Shown here in pieces: positions 18,201 to 28,655 of a DNA stretch of 64,000 nt. Source of the stretch: Planctomycetota bacterium (GTDB taxonomy: Bacteria > Planctomycetota > UBA1135 > UBA2386); assembly GCA_965223545.1 (NCBI GenBank), contig OZ245006.1, positions 5,920,001 to 5,984,000 on the forward strand, written 5' to 3'. Position 1 is the first letter of the stretch. Every line of letters begins with the position of its first letter. The notes beneath the pieces are model-generated. The model had not been told where the DNA came from. It searched no databases and saw only the letters and a list, made by a program, of their open reading frames with translations. Both the position numbers and the translations under genes were made by a program.

Positions 18201-18569
18201 CGAGACGCTGCGTTGGCTGTTGTTCTCGCCGGTGCCGACCCACACCGTGTGGCGGTTGGACGGGTCGAGGGCGACGCAGCCGATGGAGTACGACCCCTCG
18301 CCGTCGAACACCGGCGTGAACGTGGTGCCGTGGTTGGTCGTGCGCCAGACGCCGCCCGACGCGGCCGCCACGAACCAGCGCGCCGGCTGGGTCGGGTCGA
18401 CGGCGATGTCGACGACGCGGCCCGAGCACATCGCGGGGCCGATTCCGCGGAACGGCAGCGCGCCGACGGCGGCGGCCAGGGCGTCGTCGGTGTCGGCCTC
18501 GGGTTTGGTGGACGGGGACTGCGCCGCGCCGGCGAGGGCGAGCGCGGTGAGAGCGAGCGGAAACCGCAT
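15291..18569 (-). CDS. Secreted VPS10/BNR (Asp-box) repeat glycosyl hydrolase-like protein
   Basis: Signal peptide MRFPLALTALALAGAA, FRGIGPA..SGR, many S.D.G.(T/S)W Asp boxes, HVDDH, GGTQDN, C-terminal coiled coil. Confidence 0.88.
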   Translation of the reverse strand: MRFPLALTALALAGAAQSPSTKPEADTDDALAAAVGALPFRGIGPAMCSGRVVDIAVDPTQPARWFVAAASGGVWRTTNHGTTFTPVFDGEGSYSIGCVALDPSNRHTVWVGTGENNSQRSVSWGDGVYRSRDGGTTWQNTGLGDSEHIGRIAIDPTDSDTVWVAAQGPLWRSGGERGVYKTIDGGTSWTRVLFVDDDTGANEVHLDPRDPDVAYASMYQRRRHVWTLINGGPGSGLHKTDDGGATWRPLTRGLPEVDLGRIGLAISPADPDVLYAIVEAQRGEGGVFRSTDRGESWTKRSDKVATSPQYYQELVCDPHDVDTLYCLDTYTTCSRDGGKTWQRVGNLHRHVDDHALWIDPGFTDHMLIGGDGGIYETHDGGAHWDFCENLSLGQFYRVSADQAEPFYNIYGGTQDNNSMGGPSRTTSLAGITNDDWFVTVGGDGYEAQVDPTNPDIVYTQWQYGGLVRHDRKSGEITDIKPRHAPGEPPIVWNWDSPLLLSAHDPARLYFAGDRLFRSDDRGDSWRAISGDLTRGIDRDQLAVMGRIQDVDAVAKNASTSVYGNSVALTESPLDEAVVYVGTDDGLVHVTRDAGGSWTAIDTFPGVPERTYVSRLEASRHVAGRVYAAFNNHKNGDFRPYLLVSEDYGASWRSLADGLPARDVVWSLAEDHVRDDLLFCGTEFGVYVTLDGGERWLRMRGGLPTIAVRDLEIQRRENDLILGTFGRGFYVLDDYTSLRAMTSANLEAGAHLFAVRPAPLYIEGSRLGLNTGLGSQGSTYFAAPNPPFGALLTLHLGEGLQTLAERRQAAQKKAREAGEAHPFPTDAAMRAEARENEPAVWVTIRATDGAVVRRVDAPRTEGLHRVAWDLRYPRATSIELEGGDAPEPWGMPDAGPLVLGGEFTATVEREVGGQVEALTPAVPFRVEPLGLATLPAADRAEVLAFQQRVVALRRAVRATARVLGELQSRLEHCRVAVRRSTADLALLADIERLHRELAQLRDALSGDRSLSTRNKEAPLSIRARVENVASAQLYTSSAPTQTERDAYEHAAAAFEPVLARLRAMASEELPRIEAQLEAAGAGDTPGRLPDWRR

Positions 18570-18702
18570 GGGGCGGACCATACCGCCGGACCATCGACGG
18601 ATCCCCGCCCGCGCCGCCGGATGTGGTAGGCTTGGGTGTTCAGTCGTCGCCACCGCTGGCGCCGGGGGACGGTCCTCGCGACCTCAAGGGAAGTTTCGTC
18701 CA

Positions 18703-18933
18703 ATGCCGCTGTCGGTCCGTGTCATCGTGCTCACGTCGCTGCTGGTCGCGTTCGTCGCGGTCCCGCTCGCCGTCGGCGAGCCGGCCGTGACTGCCGCGCC
18801 CGTCGAGGCCGCGCCGGTATCGCCGCCGGACGAAGGCAGTGCCCCACAGGCGGGCACGCTGCTGGTGCTGGGCATCGTCATCGCAGCGTTTGCCGCGCTG
18901 CGCCGGTCGCGCGCGGGCCAGTCTCATCCCTGA
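18703..18933 (+). CDS. Small exported protein with a PEP-CTERM-like C-terminal tail
   Basis: 76 aa: hydrophobic N-terminus, Pro/Ala linker, then APQAGTLLVLGIVIAAFAALRRSR. It fills the gap between flanking genes. Confidence 0.6.
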   Translation: MPLSVRVIVLTSLLVAFVAVPLAVGEPAVTAAPVEAAPVSPPDEGSAPQAGTLLVLGIVIAAFAALRRSRAGQSHP

Positions 18934-18934
18934 C

Positions 18935-20773
18935 TCATCGCTGAGTGCCGGTGTCGACCCGCAGGATGACCACGCGGTCTTGCGTCGTCGCCAACAGCAG
19001 GCGCCGGGCCGCGTTGTAATCCAGCGAGGATGCCCAGCTACTGAGCCGGACGAACGAGACCGCGGTGTCGCGGTCGGTGTTGGCGAGCTCGAGCTGGTCG
19101 CCCGCGCCGCAGCCCACCAACCAGTGGTCGTCGAGCCACAGCACGGCGCGCCAATGCACCGCGATGCGGTGCGTCGCGACCAGCTCCGGCACGCTGCGCA
19201 AGACGAGCCAGTCGCCCTCGGCAGAGGCGACGACGTCGCCACGAGGTGCGAGCGCCAGTGCGCGCGGCGGTACCGCGAGCGGCAGCTGCAGGCGCTCGTC
19301 GCCGTCGAGTGCAAAGACGTGCAGCGAACCGTGGCCACCGCCGAAGTGGTCGAAGACGGGGCGTCGCGCGACGGCGCAGCCCTGGTCGTACACCGCGATG
19401 GTCTGCGCGATCAGCGATTGCTCGAGGTACAGCGACGCCTTGGGGTCGATCAGGTCGATGACCTGATCGGCGTAGCACAGCGCGCGGCCGTGTCGCGACA
19501 GCCGCGGCGCGGCGAGGGCAGGCAGCACGCTGCGGGCGCGGAGGTGTACCGCCGTGCCGCGCACCAGGCGGGCGCCGTGGCCGGCGGCGGTGGGCTCCAG
19601 CGCGTAGAGCTCGAGAGCGCGCGGCTGTCTCCCGGTCGCCTTGCGCAGGACGGCGAGCTCGACGCCCTGTGGATTGGCGATCAGATCGACGCCCTCGCGC
19701 GGTAGTCCGGCGACCTGCACGGCGGCGCCGGTGTCGGCGTCGAAGACCTGGAGATCTCTGCCGGCGGCGACCACGAACCGGCCGTCACCGGTCAGCACCG
19801 CCTGTCGCGGTTGCTGTCGATGGAGAGCGGGCAGGCTGTTCTGCACCTGGATGCCGGTGTAGATCTCGATGCCGTCCGGGGTGGCGCTGGCCCAGCGCAC
19901 GCCATCGGGGTGGAGTGCCGCCGGGCCCTTGACGGGCAGCGTGTGCCGCTCGCCGCCAGCCGACAGCAGCAGGGTGCCGTCGTTGGCGACCAGCACGCAG
20001 CGGCTGCCGTCGGCCTGCACCGAGAGCGAGAACCCGAAGTCGCCGAAGCGCACCGGTTCGTCGGCGAACAGATGGTGGGTGCCGCGCCAGCCGAGGCGGA
20101 GCAGCTGGCCCGCGTCGGTGTAGGCCAGATCGTACACCCAGCCATCCTGGTGCAGGCGCTCGACCTCGGCGCCGCTCTCGGTATCGAACACGAACGTCTC
20201 TCCGCTCCGCTTGCCGACCGCGACGCGTTGTCCGTCGGGGGAGATCGCGATGGCGTCGGCCGCGGTCGGACCCGGCAGGGCGAACTCGCGCTGCACGCCC
20301 AGATCGTCGGCCCGCAGCAGCACGGCGGTGTGGTTGTCGAGAACGACGGCCAGGTGGGCGCCGTCGCGGCTCCAGTCGAGGGCGCGCGCGCTGCCGGTGG
20401 CGACTTCGCCCAGCTGGCGGCCACTGTCGAGGTCCCACACGGTCAGGCTGCGGCCGACGGCGGCGAGGCGGGTTCCGTTGGGAGAGAACGCCAGCCCCCC
20501 GACCCAGTGGTCGGAGGCGTCGAGCACCGCTTGGCGGGCGCCGGTATCGGCGTCGACGATGACGACGTCGCCGCGATCGCCGCCCGAAGCGAGCCGCGTG
20601 CCGTCGGGGGAGTAGCGCAGCACGTGCGATGGCCCGCCGGTGAGAAACAGCTGCCGCACGACCCGCAGCGCCGGCGGCGGCTCCGGTTGGGCCTCGGCGC
20701 GCCCCCCGGCCGACAAGACCGCGAGCGAGAGCTGGGCAAGAGTGGCCAAGTGGCGGCGTGTGGCAGCGGGCAT
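18935..20773 (-). CDS. Exported WD40-repeat protein
   Basis: Signal peptide; YSPDGTRLASGG, AFSPNGTRLAAVG, WSRDG and ISPDGQRVAVG repeats. Confidence 0.85.
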   Translation of the reverse strand: MPAATRRHLATLAQLSLAVLSAGGRAEAQPEPPPALRVVRQLFLTGGPSHVLRYSPDGTRLASGGDRGDVVIVDADTGARQAVLDASDHWVGGLAFSPNGTRLAAVGRSLTVWDLDSGRQLGEVATGSARALDWSRDGAHLAVVLDNHTAVLLRADDLGVQREFALPGPTAADAIAISPDGQRVAVGKRSGETFVFDTESGAEVERLHQDGWVYDLAYTDAGQLLRLGWRGTHHLFADEPVRFGDFGFSLSVQADGSRCVLVANDGTLLLSAGGERHTLPVKGPAALHPDGVRWASATPDGIEIYTGIQVQNSLPALHRQQPRQAVLTGDGRFVVAAGRDLQVFDADTGAAVQVAGLPREGVDLIANPQGVELAVLRKATGRQPRALELYALEPTAAGHGARLVRGTAVHLRARSVLPALAAPRLSRHGRALCYADQVIDLIDPKASLYLEQSLIAQTIAVYDQGCAVARRPVFDHFGGGHGSLHVFALDGDERLQLPLAVPPRALALAPRGDVVASAEGDWLVLRSVPELVATHRIAVHWRAVLWLDDHWLVGCGAGDQLELANTDRDTAVSFVRLSSWASSLDYNAARRLLLATTQDRVVILRVDTGTQR

Positions 20774-20860
20774 GGCTGCCCTTGGATACGGTCGGCCGCG
20801 GCATCCCGGCCGCGGAGATACGGCGATTTCGCCGACGAGGCGGCCGGCGCCGGCGTCGGC

Positions 20861-20890
20861 TTGCGGTGATGGGCGTCTTTGGCCTACACT
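20861..20890 (+). promoter_or_regulatory. Candidate sigma70 promoter (TTGCGG-N18-TACACT) for the DEAD-box helicase gene
   Basis: Motif match only; it would imply a 5' leader of about 255 nt. Confidence 0.4.
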
Positions 20891-21153
20891 CCCGCCAAAC
20901 CCGCGGTTGACAGATCCGCTCAACAACCCAGAAGAGTCGACCGGCCCCCGTCGCGCGCCATTGATTGGTTCAAGTCCGACGCGGTGGCTCATCGATCACC
21001 AAGGTGGTCGCGAGTCCGGGCCGTGCACGATCGGATCCGTGGCAGCGGCGGCAGGAGGCCGCCCCGACCCCGGCCGAGCGCTTTTGGTCAGCCGCTTCCC
21101 GAGCCGGGCGCTCAGACGCGCCGGCCACTTGGCATCACGTAGAAGAGTATAGA

Positions 21154-22365
<1,212 letters not shown>

Positions 22366-22379
22366 CTCAGGCGCCGGCT

Positions 22380-23003
22380 TCAGGGCGCGTCGCGCATCAG
22401 CTGCAGCTCGGCGGCCAACGCCGCGCGCGCCCGTGCCAGCAGCACGCGGCAGGCGCCGGCGGATCGGCCCATGAGCCGCGCGGTGCGCGCGTGCGTCTGC
22501 TCGGGGTCCATGTGCAGGGCGAGGATCTGCGCGTAGTCGTGCGGCAGCCTGCGGATCGCGGCATCGATGCGCGCGACTTCTTCGTTCGCCGACATCTCGG
22601 CGCTGGGCGTGTGGCCCGGCCCTGGCATCAAGTCGATGGGGCGCGACGACTCGCGCAGCTTGGCGCGCCGCTCGGCGAAGACGTAGCGCCGCGCGTCGCG
22701 CAGGGTGCGGTCGACGATCCGCCGCAGCCAGGCTTGCAGCTCGGCCTCGGTCTCGCCGCGGAATGCGCGGATCGAGCGCAGCACGCGCGCGTACGCCGAC
22801 TGCAGCAGGTCCGCGGTCGGCAGTTGGCAGCGCATGCCGGGGCCGATGGCGGCCTCGGCCTGGCGCTCGAGCTGGGGACGGGCCCGCTGCAACAGCGCGT
22901 CGAGCGCGTGCCGGTCCCCCGCCTTCGCCCGCTGGATGCAGAGGCGCACCAGCTCTGGATTCGTGGCGGCGGAGAGGCGGTCGCGCATCGAGGAGATTGT
23001 CAT
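22380..23003 (-). CDS. ECF-type RNA polymerase sigma factor
   Basis: AKAGDRHALDALL, ADLLQS, F.GETEAELQAWL, TPS and AIRRLP..Y region 2/4 pattern. Start is 23003 or 22988. Confidence 0.85.
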   Translation of the reverse strand: MTISSMRDRLSAATNPELVRLCIQRAKAGDRHALDALLQRARPQLERQAEAAIGPGMRCQLPTADLLQSAYARVLRSIRAFRGETEAELQAWLRRIVDRTLRDARRYVFAERRAKLRESSRPIDLMPGPGHTPSAEMSANEEVARIDAAIRRLPHDYAQILALHMDPEQTHARTARLMGRSAGACRVLLARARAALAAELQLMRDAP

Positions 23004-23170
23004 CGTTGTTCGGGGAGGGCGCGATCCCCGCGCCCGCGTTGGTACGTAGAAGCGTAAATCGACGGGGCTCCGTCGTCCTCCAGGTCGTCGTGTGCGGCCG
23101 CGCGTTACGGCGGGTTGTCGAGCCGGACGCCGGACGTCGGGTCCGGCCGTTCCATGGCTACATTGGCGCC

Positions 23171-24988
23171 GTGCAGCGATTCCTCCGCCGCATGACCGTG
23201 CTCTTGTTCTGCTCCGGTCTCGCCCTGTCGGCTGCGGCGGTGGTCGGGCTCGGCGAGGCGGCGCGGTCGGCGGTGGCGGCGGCAGAGGCGAGGACCGGGG
23301 CGCTGGCCCGCGATCTCGCCGACCGCGTCCGCGACGGCGTGGCCGAGCGCCGGCTGCTCGACGAGGTCGCCGCCGAGCATCGTTTCGCGGCCGCGGACGG
23401 TGTGCTCCGGGTTCCGGCCGAAGTGGGTTGGCTGCGAACGCCGCCGACCGACGCCCCGTGGCCCTGGCACACGGTGCTGGCCGAGGCCCGGCGCGCGGCC
23501 CTGGACGGCGACCCGGCCGCGGCCCGCCGGCGGATCGAGCGGGCGCTGTCCGCCGAAGAGCCGCAGCCGGCACTGCTGCCGGCCGCCGCATGGTATGCGC
23601 ACCGCGCGGACGATCGCGAAGCCGCCGCCGCGCACCTCGCGCTGGCGCGTGCCGACTGCGCCGCGCTGACGCCGGGGGGCCTGGCCTCGGTGGTGCTGCT
23701 CGCGGCGCGTCTGTCGGGTGAACTGGTTCCCGAGGCGGTCCGCTGGTGGGGGCGCGTGCCAGAAGAGCTGGCTTCAGGGGTCGTGGCGGAGCTCGATCGC
23801 GCAGGGGTCGACGCCGGCGGCTTGGCCGACGTCACCCGGCGGGTCGAGCGGTTGCGCGCCACGCTGGTCGCCGCCGACGGCGCGCGGGCGCGGTGGCAGG
23901 CGGCGGTGGCGCCGTTGGTCGCCCCGGTCGAAGCCGGCGTGCTCGTGTTCCACCCCGAGGCGGGCGGGCCGGGAGTCGGGGACGGCGCCGTGCTGTCCGC
24001 CGAGCAGCTGATCGCGGCCCTGGCGGCGCGCGGCGTGGTGGCGTCGGGCGCCGGCGCGCTCGTCGGTGTGGGCGCGGGCGGGGCGCCGGGCCCGGGTGAC
24101 GTCGTCGCCGTCGACGGCGTGCTGGCAGTGCGGCCGCCGGCGTCGCCGCCGCTGTCGTTGTGGCAGCGCCCCGCCGTGGTCTACGCGGTGCTCGGCCTGC
24201 TGGCGGCCTGCTTCTGCTGCGGCTTGTTCTGGACTTTGCGGGCGCTGCGGCGCGAGCGCGACGCAGTCGGCGCGCGCGCCGAGTTCCTGACGTCGGTCAC
24301 CCACGAGCTGCGCACTCCGTTGGCCTCCCTGCGGTTGCTGGCCGAGATGCTGCACGATGGGCGCGCGGATGCGGCGCAGCGCGCGGAGTACACCGCGCTG
24401 CTCGCCGGCGAGACCGCCCGCCTCGGCGCGCTGATCGACAACGTGCTCGACTTGCGCCGGATCGAGCGCGGCGAGCGGCGCTACGACCGGCGCCGGTTGC
24501 CCCTGGCGCAGCTGGTGCGCGACAGCGTCGCCCTGCACGCGCCGGTTGCCGAGCGCGGCGGCGTGCGGCTGGCGGTCGAGGTCGAGCCCGCGGCCCGGCG
24601 GGTCGAAGTCGAGGCCGATGCCGGGGCACTCCGTCAGCTCTTGCTCGGTCTCTTCGACAACGCCGTCAAGTACGCCGCGGCCGGCGGGCGCGTCGCGGTG
24701 CGCGTCGTGTCGACGGGCGGCACGGTCGAGGTGGCGGTGCGCGACTTCGGCGCGGGCGTCGTGCCCGCACAGCGGGAGGCGCTCTTTGCTCGCTTCGCGC
24801 GCGGCGCCGCGCACGCCGAGAGCAACGTGCCGGGCGTGGGGCTGGGGTTGTATCTGGGGCGCGCGATCGCCCGCGCGCACGGCGGCGACTTGGTCTGCGC
24901 GGCGCCGATCGACGGCGGCGCCGGGGCGGTGTTCGTGCTCACCCTGCCGATCGCGGGCGCGGCCGGGGACACCGCTGCACTAAGCTGA
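23171..24988 (+). CDS. Membrane sensor histidine kinase
   Basis: Two TM segments; THELRTPL H-box, DNAVKY, DFGAG and GVGLGL boxes. Confidence 0.92.
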   Translation: MQRFLRRMTVLLFCSGLALSAAAVVGLGEAARSAVAAAEARTGALARDLADRVRDGVAERRLLDEVAAEHRFAAADGVLRVPAEVGWLRTPPTDAPWPWHTVLAEARRAALDGDPAAARRRIERALSAEEPQPALLPAAAWYAHRADDREAAAAHLALARADCAALTPGGLASVVLLAARLSGELVPEAVRWWGRVPEELASGVVAELDRAGVDAGGLADVTRRVERLRATLVAADGARARWQAAVAPLVAPVEAGVLVFHPEAGGPGVGDGAVLSAEQLIAALAARGVVASGAGALVGVGAGGAPGPGDVVAVDGVLAVRPPASPPLSLWQRPAVVYAVLGLLAACFCCGLFWTLRALRRERDAVGARAEFLTSVTHELRTPLASLRLLAEMLHDGRADAAQRAEYTALLAGETARLGALIDNVLDLRRIERGERRYDRRRLPLAQLVRDSVALHAPVAERGGVRLAVEVEPAARRVEVEADAGALRQLLLGLFDNAVKYAAAGGRVAVRVVSTGGTVEVAVRDFGAGVVPAQREALFARFARGAAHAESNVPGVGLGLYLGRAIARAHGGDLVCAAPIDGGAGAVFVLTLPIAGAAGDTAALS

Positions 24989-24994
24989 AGGTCG

Positions 24995-25717
24995 ATGGCT
25001 GGCTCAGCGCACGGCAAGCGCGTGCTGCTCGTCGAGGACGACGGCACTTTGCGCAAGGTGCTCGGTGACGCGCTCACCGGCGAGGGCTACGCGGTGACCG
25101 CCGCGGCGGACGGCGATGCCGCCCACGAGCTGCTGTTCGAGCGCCACTTCGACGTCGTCGTGCTCGACGTGATGTTGCCGGGGCGCGGCGGGCTCGAGCT
25201 GCTGCGGGCGTTCCGCGGCGCCGGCCAGGGCGCGCCGGTTCTGCTGTTGACCGCGCGCGGTGACGAGCACGACGTGGTGTTGGGCTTCGAGCTCGGCGCC
25301 GACGACTACGTGACCAAACCGTTCGGGCTGCGCGAACTGCTGGCGCGCGTCGGTGCGCTGGCCCGGCGCGGCGGCGGCGCGGGCGCTGGGCCCGTGCGGT
25401 TCACCGTCGGCGCGGCGACGGTCGACCTCGAGGCGTTCGAAGTCGACGCCGGCGGCCAGCGCCACGCGCTGAGTCCGAAGGAAGCGGCCATGCTGGCGCT
25501 GCTCTACGAGCACCGCGGCCGGGTCGTGCGGCGCGCGCAGTTTCTCGACGCGGTCTGGGGCAGCGAGCAGTTCGTCGGGCCGCGCACGGTCGACACCCAC
25601 GTGCTCAATCTGCGCGCCAAGCTCGAGCCCGAGCCCAAGCAGCCGCGGTTCTTGCGCACCGTGCACGGCGCGGGCTACCGGCTGGATCCCGACGGGGAGG
25701 CCGGTGGTGCGGACTGA
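24995..25717 (+). CDS. OmpR-family response regulator
   Basis: LLVEDD, LDVMLP, LTAR, GADDYVTKPF; winged helix RTVDTHV..LRAKLE and TVHGAGY. Confidence 0.95.
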   Translation: MAGSAHGKRVLLVEDDGTLRKVLGDALTGEGYAVTAAADGDAAHELLFERHFDVVVLDVMLPGRGGLELLRAFRGAGQGAPVLLLTARGDEHDVVLGFELGADDYVTKPFGLRELLARVGALARRGGGAGAGPVRFTVGAATVDLEAFEVDAGGQRHALSPKEAAMLALLYEHRGRVVRRAQFLDAVWGSEQFVGPRTVDTHVLNLRAKLEPEPKQPRFLRTVHGAGYRLDPDGEAGGAD

Positions 25718-25725
25718 TCGCGCGC

Positions 25726-25743
25726 CTTGACAAGAACTTGACA
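25726..25743 (+). promoter_or_regulatory. Direct repeat CTTGACA-N4-CTTGACA (11-bp period), candidate OmpR-family binding site
   Basis: Copies at 25726-25732 and 25737-25743, just after the response regulator stop and upstream of the HEAT gene. Confidence 0.6.
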
Positions 25744-25808
25744 CCGGTCTGATCGACGCCCCACGGGCTGGCTGTCGGCGCGCCCTCCAATGTGCCGAAC
25801 CCGAACTG

Positions 25809-28511
25809 ATGAGCGTGGAGGACGCGATGACGAGCACGTTTGGCATGGCATTGACGAGCAAGACGACGAAGGTTGCGGCGGGGCTCCCGCTGCTGTGGAT
25901 CGCGGCGGCGGGGGCGGCGCAGGGCGGCACCGGCGCGCCGCGCCTCGAGCGGGCGGTGGCGTTGGAGCGCGCCGCGCACGATCCCGCGGCTGCGCTGCGC
26001 GAGTACCGCGCGGTGATCGATGCGGCGCGGTCGGCCCCGGTCCGCGCCCGGGCCGCGTTGCGTGCCGGTGAGCTGCTCCGCGGACTCGGCCGGCACGACG
26101 AGGCCGCGCCTCTACTGGAGTTGGCGGCCGTTGCAGACGGCGCGGTCGGCCAGCGCGCGGCGCAGCTGTTGGCGCAGGACCCGGTGCGCGACGACGAGTT
26201 GGCGCAGCGCATTGCCGAGGCGATCGATCACATCGGCCAGCGCAATGCGATCGATGATCTGGTTTGGATCGGCGAGCCGGCGGTGTCGGCCCTGCGCGCC
26301 GAGTGGTCGGAAGAGCCGGTCACCGGTTTGGCGGCAGCACTGCTGGGCATCGGTGGCGATGCGGTGCAGGAGTGGGTCGGTGCCGTCATCGACAGTGACG
26401 ACGAGGGGCAGCAGCTCGCGCTGTTGAGCGCCGTGCCAACCTCGGCGCCCGGGCGCGCGGTCCTGCTCTCTCTGCTGCCGCTGTGCTCGGTGAAGTCGCA
26501 AGAGGCCCGCCGCCACGCGCTCCACTACTTGGGAAGTGCGGTGCCCTGGGGGACGCTGGTCGAACTGCTCGGCGATCCTGCGACCGTGGTCCGCGAGAAG
26601 GCCTTCGCCGAGGTATTGCAGCGCGTGGACAAACCGGGACGCTCGCGGCCGCCGAGCAACGCCGAGATGGAAGCCTTGCTGGCACGAGTCGCCGAGGCCC
26701 TGCCCCGGGTCGGCCGCACGCTCGGCGGTCGCATGGCGCGGTTTGTCCAGTCGGCCGACGCGTTGCGCTATCCCGGTGGGCGCTCGTTGTTCCTGCAGCA
26801 GCTGACCCGACCCGGCTTCGAGATTGATCAACGACGCTTGAGGTTGCCGTCGACCCTGCCGTCGGACGCGCACGTGGAAGAGGTTGCCGCTGCAGTGCGC
26901 CGGCTGGGCCCGATCGCAATGAGCGAGATCGGCAACCCGATCCCCACCGAGGCACAGCGGTCGTTGCAGAGATTCGTCGCTGCGATTGTGCACAACTGGA
27001 CGGAGGCCGCGATTCCATTGATGCTCGACGCGATCCGCGCCGGCTACGACCTCGGCTACGGTGGTGTCGCGTACCGCGCAGCCGGAGTCGCGTCCGCGCC
27101 GGACGACATCGTCGCGCTGTTCGAAGCGTGCGCGGTCCACAATCAGTCTCTCGGAGCGGAGGCGATCCGCATTCTGGCCGCGCGGTCACTGCCGGTGCAG
27201 CTGCGGGCACACTTGTTGGCGCTGTTTCGTCAGGCGGCGCCGTTGGACGCCGGCGGTGACCAGGCCCGCGCCCTCGTGGCGGCGATCGCCGCCACCGGCG
27301 CCGGCGCGACGCAGACCCTGGAGCAGCTGGCGGCGGAGATGCCCGGCTACCAGCACGTGGTTGCCGAGGCCTGCACGGAGGGCACCCACCCGAGCCTTCG
27401 CGCTGCCTGGCCTGCCCTGCTGTCGATGCCGGTCGAGGGCGAGGCTGCTGCCGGGTTTCGGGGCGCGTTGTTCGACCGCGCGCTGTCGAGCGAGGACCTG
27501 CCGATCGACGCGATGGTCGAGGCACACGCGCTCGGCTTGGGCGATGCCCGCGGGCTCGGCGGCTTGAGCATGTTGTCCGAAGCGCAGTTGACCGCGGCCT
27601 GGCCGGTCGCCGTCGGGTGTCTGCGGTCGGGGTCGGAGCAGGCCTGGGCGGTCGTGCTGGGGCTGGCGCCGAGTGCGTGGACGAGCGCCACGGTCGAGTC
27701 GGTCATGTCGCTGTGGGACGCGAAACCCGAGGGCCTGAAGCCCTCGACGCGAACCTGGCCCAAGGATGCGATCTCGATCGCGAGCGACGAAGCCATCGTG
27801 GCCCGCTTCGCGCGGTCGCTGCTGGGAGACCCGAGTGTCGCCGAGAAGGCGATCGCGGCACTGGCATGGCGCCGGCCGATCGCGGTGCCGGTCGCGGCGG
27901 TGTTGCGCGAGGCGTTGGCCCATGCCGACGCGGGTGTGGTCGTGCACGCCGCCAGGGGTCTCGGTCGCAGCGGTGACCCGGCGCATCTCGAGGCCTTGCG
28001 TGGACTGCGCGGGTTCGAGGATCGCAAGGTCCAGCTCGAGGCGTTGAAGGCGCGGGAGCAGTTGGGGGACGACTCCGAGCAGCTGGTGCGCGACGCCGCC
28101 GCGGGCGCCGATCCCGAAGTGCGCGCCTTCGCCGCGGCGCTCGCCGCCCGCGCCCTGTCGCGCGCGCACGTGCCGGTGATGCTGCAGTTGCTGCGCGACG
28201 AGGCCGAGTCGGTGCGCACCGCGGCCGCGGCGACGCTGGCGTCGCTCGAGTTCTACGAGCAGCAGAGCGCGCGCTGGGAGCGGCTGCAGGCCGGGGTGGC
28301 GGTCGACGCGGTCGACGCCGCGTCCGCGCTGATGAAGCGCGCCGCGGAGGGCCCGGTGCCGATGCGCGTTCTGGCGATCGAGTCGCTCGGCACCCTGGGC
28401 GTGCCGGAGACCCTGCCGTTCTTGCTCGAGCTGGCGGCGGGCGCGGATCAGACCATCGCCGCGGCGGCGGTCGCGGCGGCCCGGCAGATCAACGCGCGCG
28501 ACCGGCGCTGA
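25809..28511 (+). CDS. Exported TPR/HEAT-repeat protein
   Basis: Hydrophobic signal-like segment, N-terminal TPR-like helices, HEAT-like repeats (LLGDPATVVRE, ADPEVRAFAA, LLRDEAESVRTAAA). Start uncertain (25809/25827/25845). Confidence 0.75.
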   Translation: MSVEDAMTSTFGMALTSKTTKVAAGLPLLWIAAAGAAQGGTGAPRLERAVALERAAHDPAAALREYRAVIDAARSAPVRARAALRAGELLRGLGRHDEAAPLLELAAVADGAVGQRAAQLLAQDPVRDDELAQRIAEAIDHIGQRNAIDDLVWIGEPAVSALRAEWSEEPVTGLAAALLGIGGDAVQEWVGAVIDSDDEGQQLALLSAVPTSAPGRAVLLSLLPLCSVKSQEARRHALHYLGSAVPWGTLVELLGDPATVVREKAFAEVLQRVDKPGRSRPPSNAEMEALLARVAEALPRVGRTLGGRMARFVQSADALRYPGGRSLFLQQLTRPGFEIDQRRLRLPSTLPSDAHVEEVAAAVRRLGPIAMSEIGNPIPTEAQRSLQRFVAAIVHNWTEAAIPLMLDAIRAGYDLGYGGVAYRAAGVASAPDDIVALFEACAVHNQSLGAEAIRILAARSLPVQLRAHLLALFRQAAPLDAGGDQARALVAAIAATGAGATQTLEQLAAEMPGYQHVVAEACTEGTHPSLRAAWPALLSMPVEGEAAAGFRGALFDRALSSEDLPIDAMVEAHALGLGDARGLGGLSMLSEAQLTAAWPVAVGCLRSGSEQAWAVVLGLAPSAWTSATVESVMSLWDAKPEGLKPSTRTWPKDAISIASDEAIVARFARSLLGDPSVAEKAIAALAWRRPIAVPVAAVLREALAHADAGVVVHAARGLGRSGDPAHLEALRGLRGFEDRKVQLEALKAREQLGDDSEQLVRDAAAGADPEVRAFAAALAARALSRAHVPVMLQLLRDEAESVRTAAAATLASLEFYEQQSARWERLQAGVAVDAVDAASALMKRAAEGPVPMRVLAIESLGTLGVPETLPFLLELAAGADQTIAAAAVAAARQINARDRR

Positions 28512-28655
28512 CGCGCGCGGCCACGGGCCGACCCCATGGCCGGCCGGTGGCATGTCCCATTGACGAGGGGAAACCGGGGCTTGCCGTGCACCGCAATGAC
28601 CGTACTGTCGAAGGATCCTGGCCTGCCCGGTGTAGTACCCTTTCTCAGGCACCCC

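Noticed and set aside
20964..20991. GGTTCAAGTCC resembles a tRNA T-loop
   Set aside because: There is no matching acceptor 5' strand, D-arm, anticodon arm or CCA end, so it is not callable as a tRNA or attachment site.
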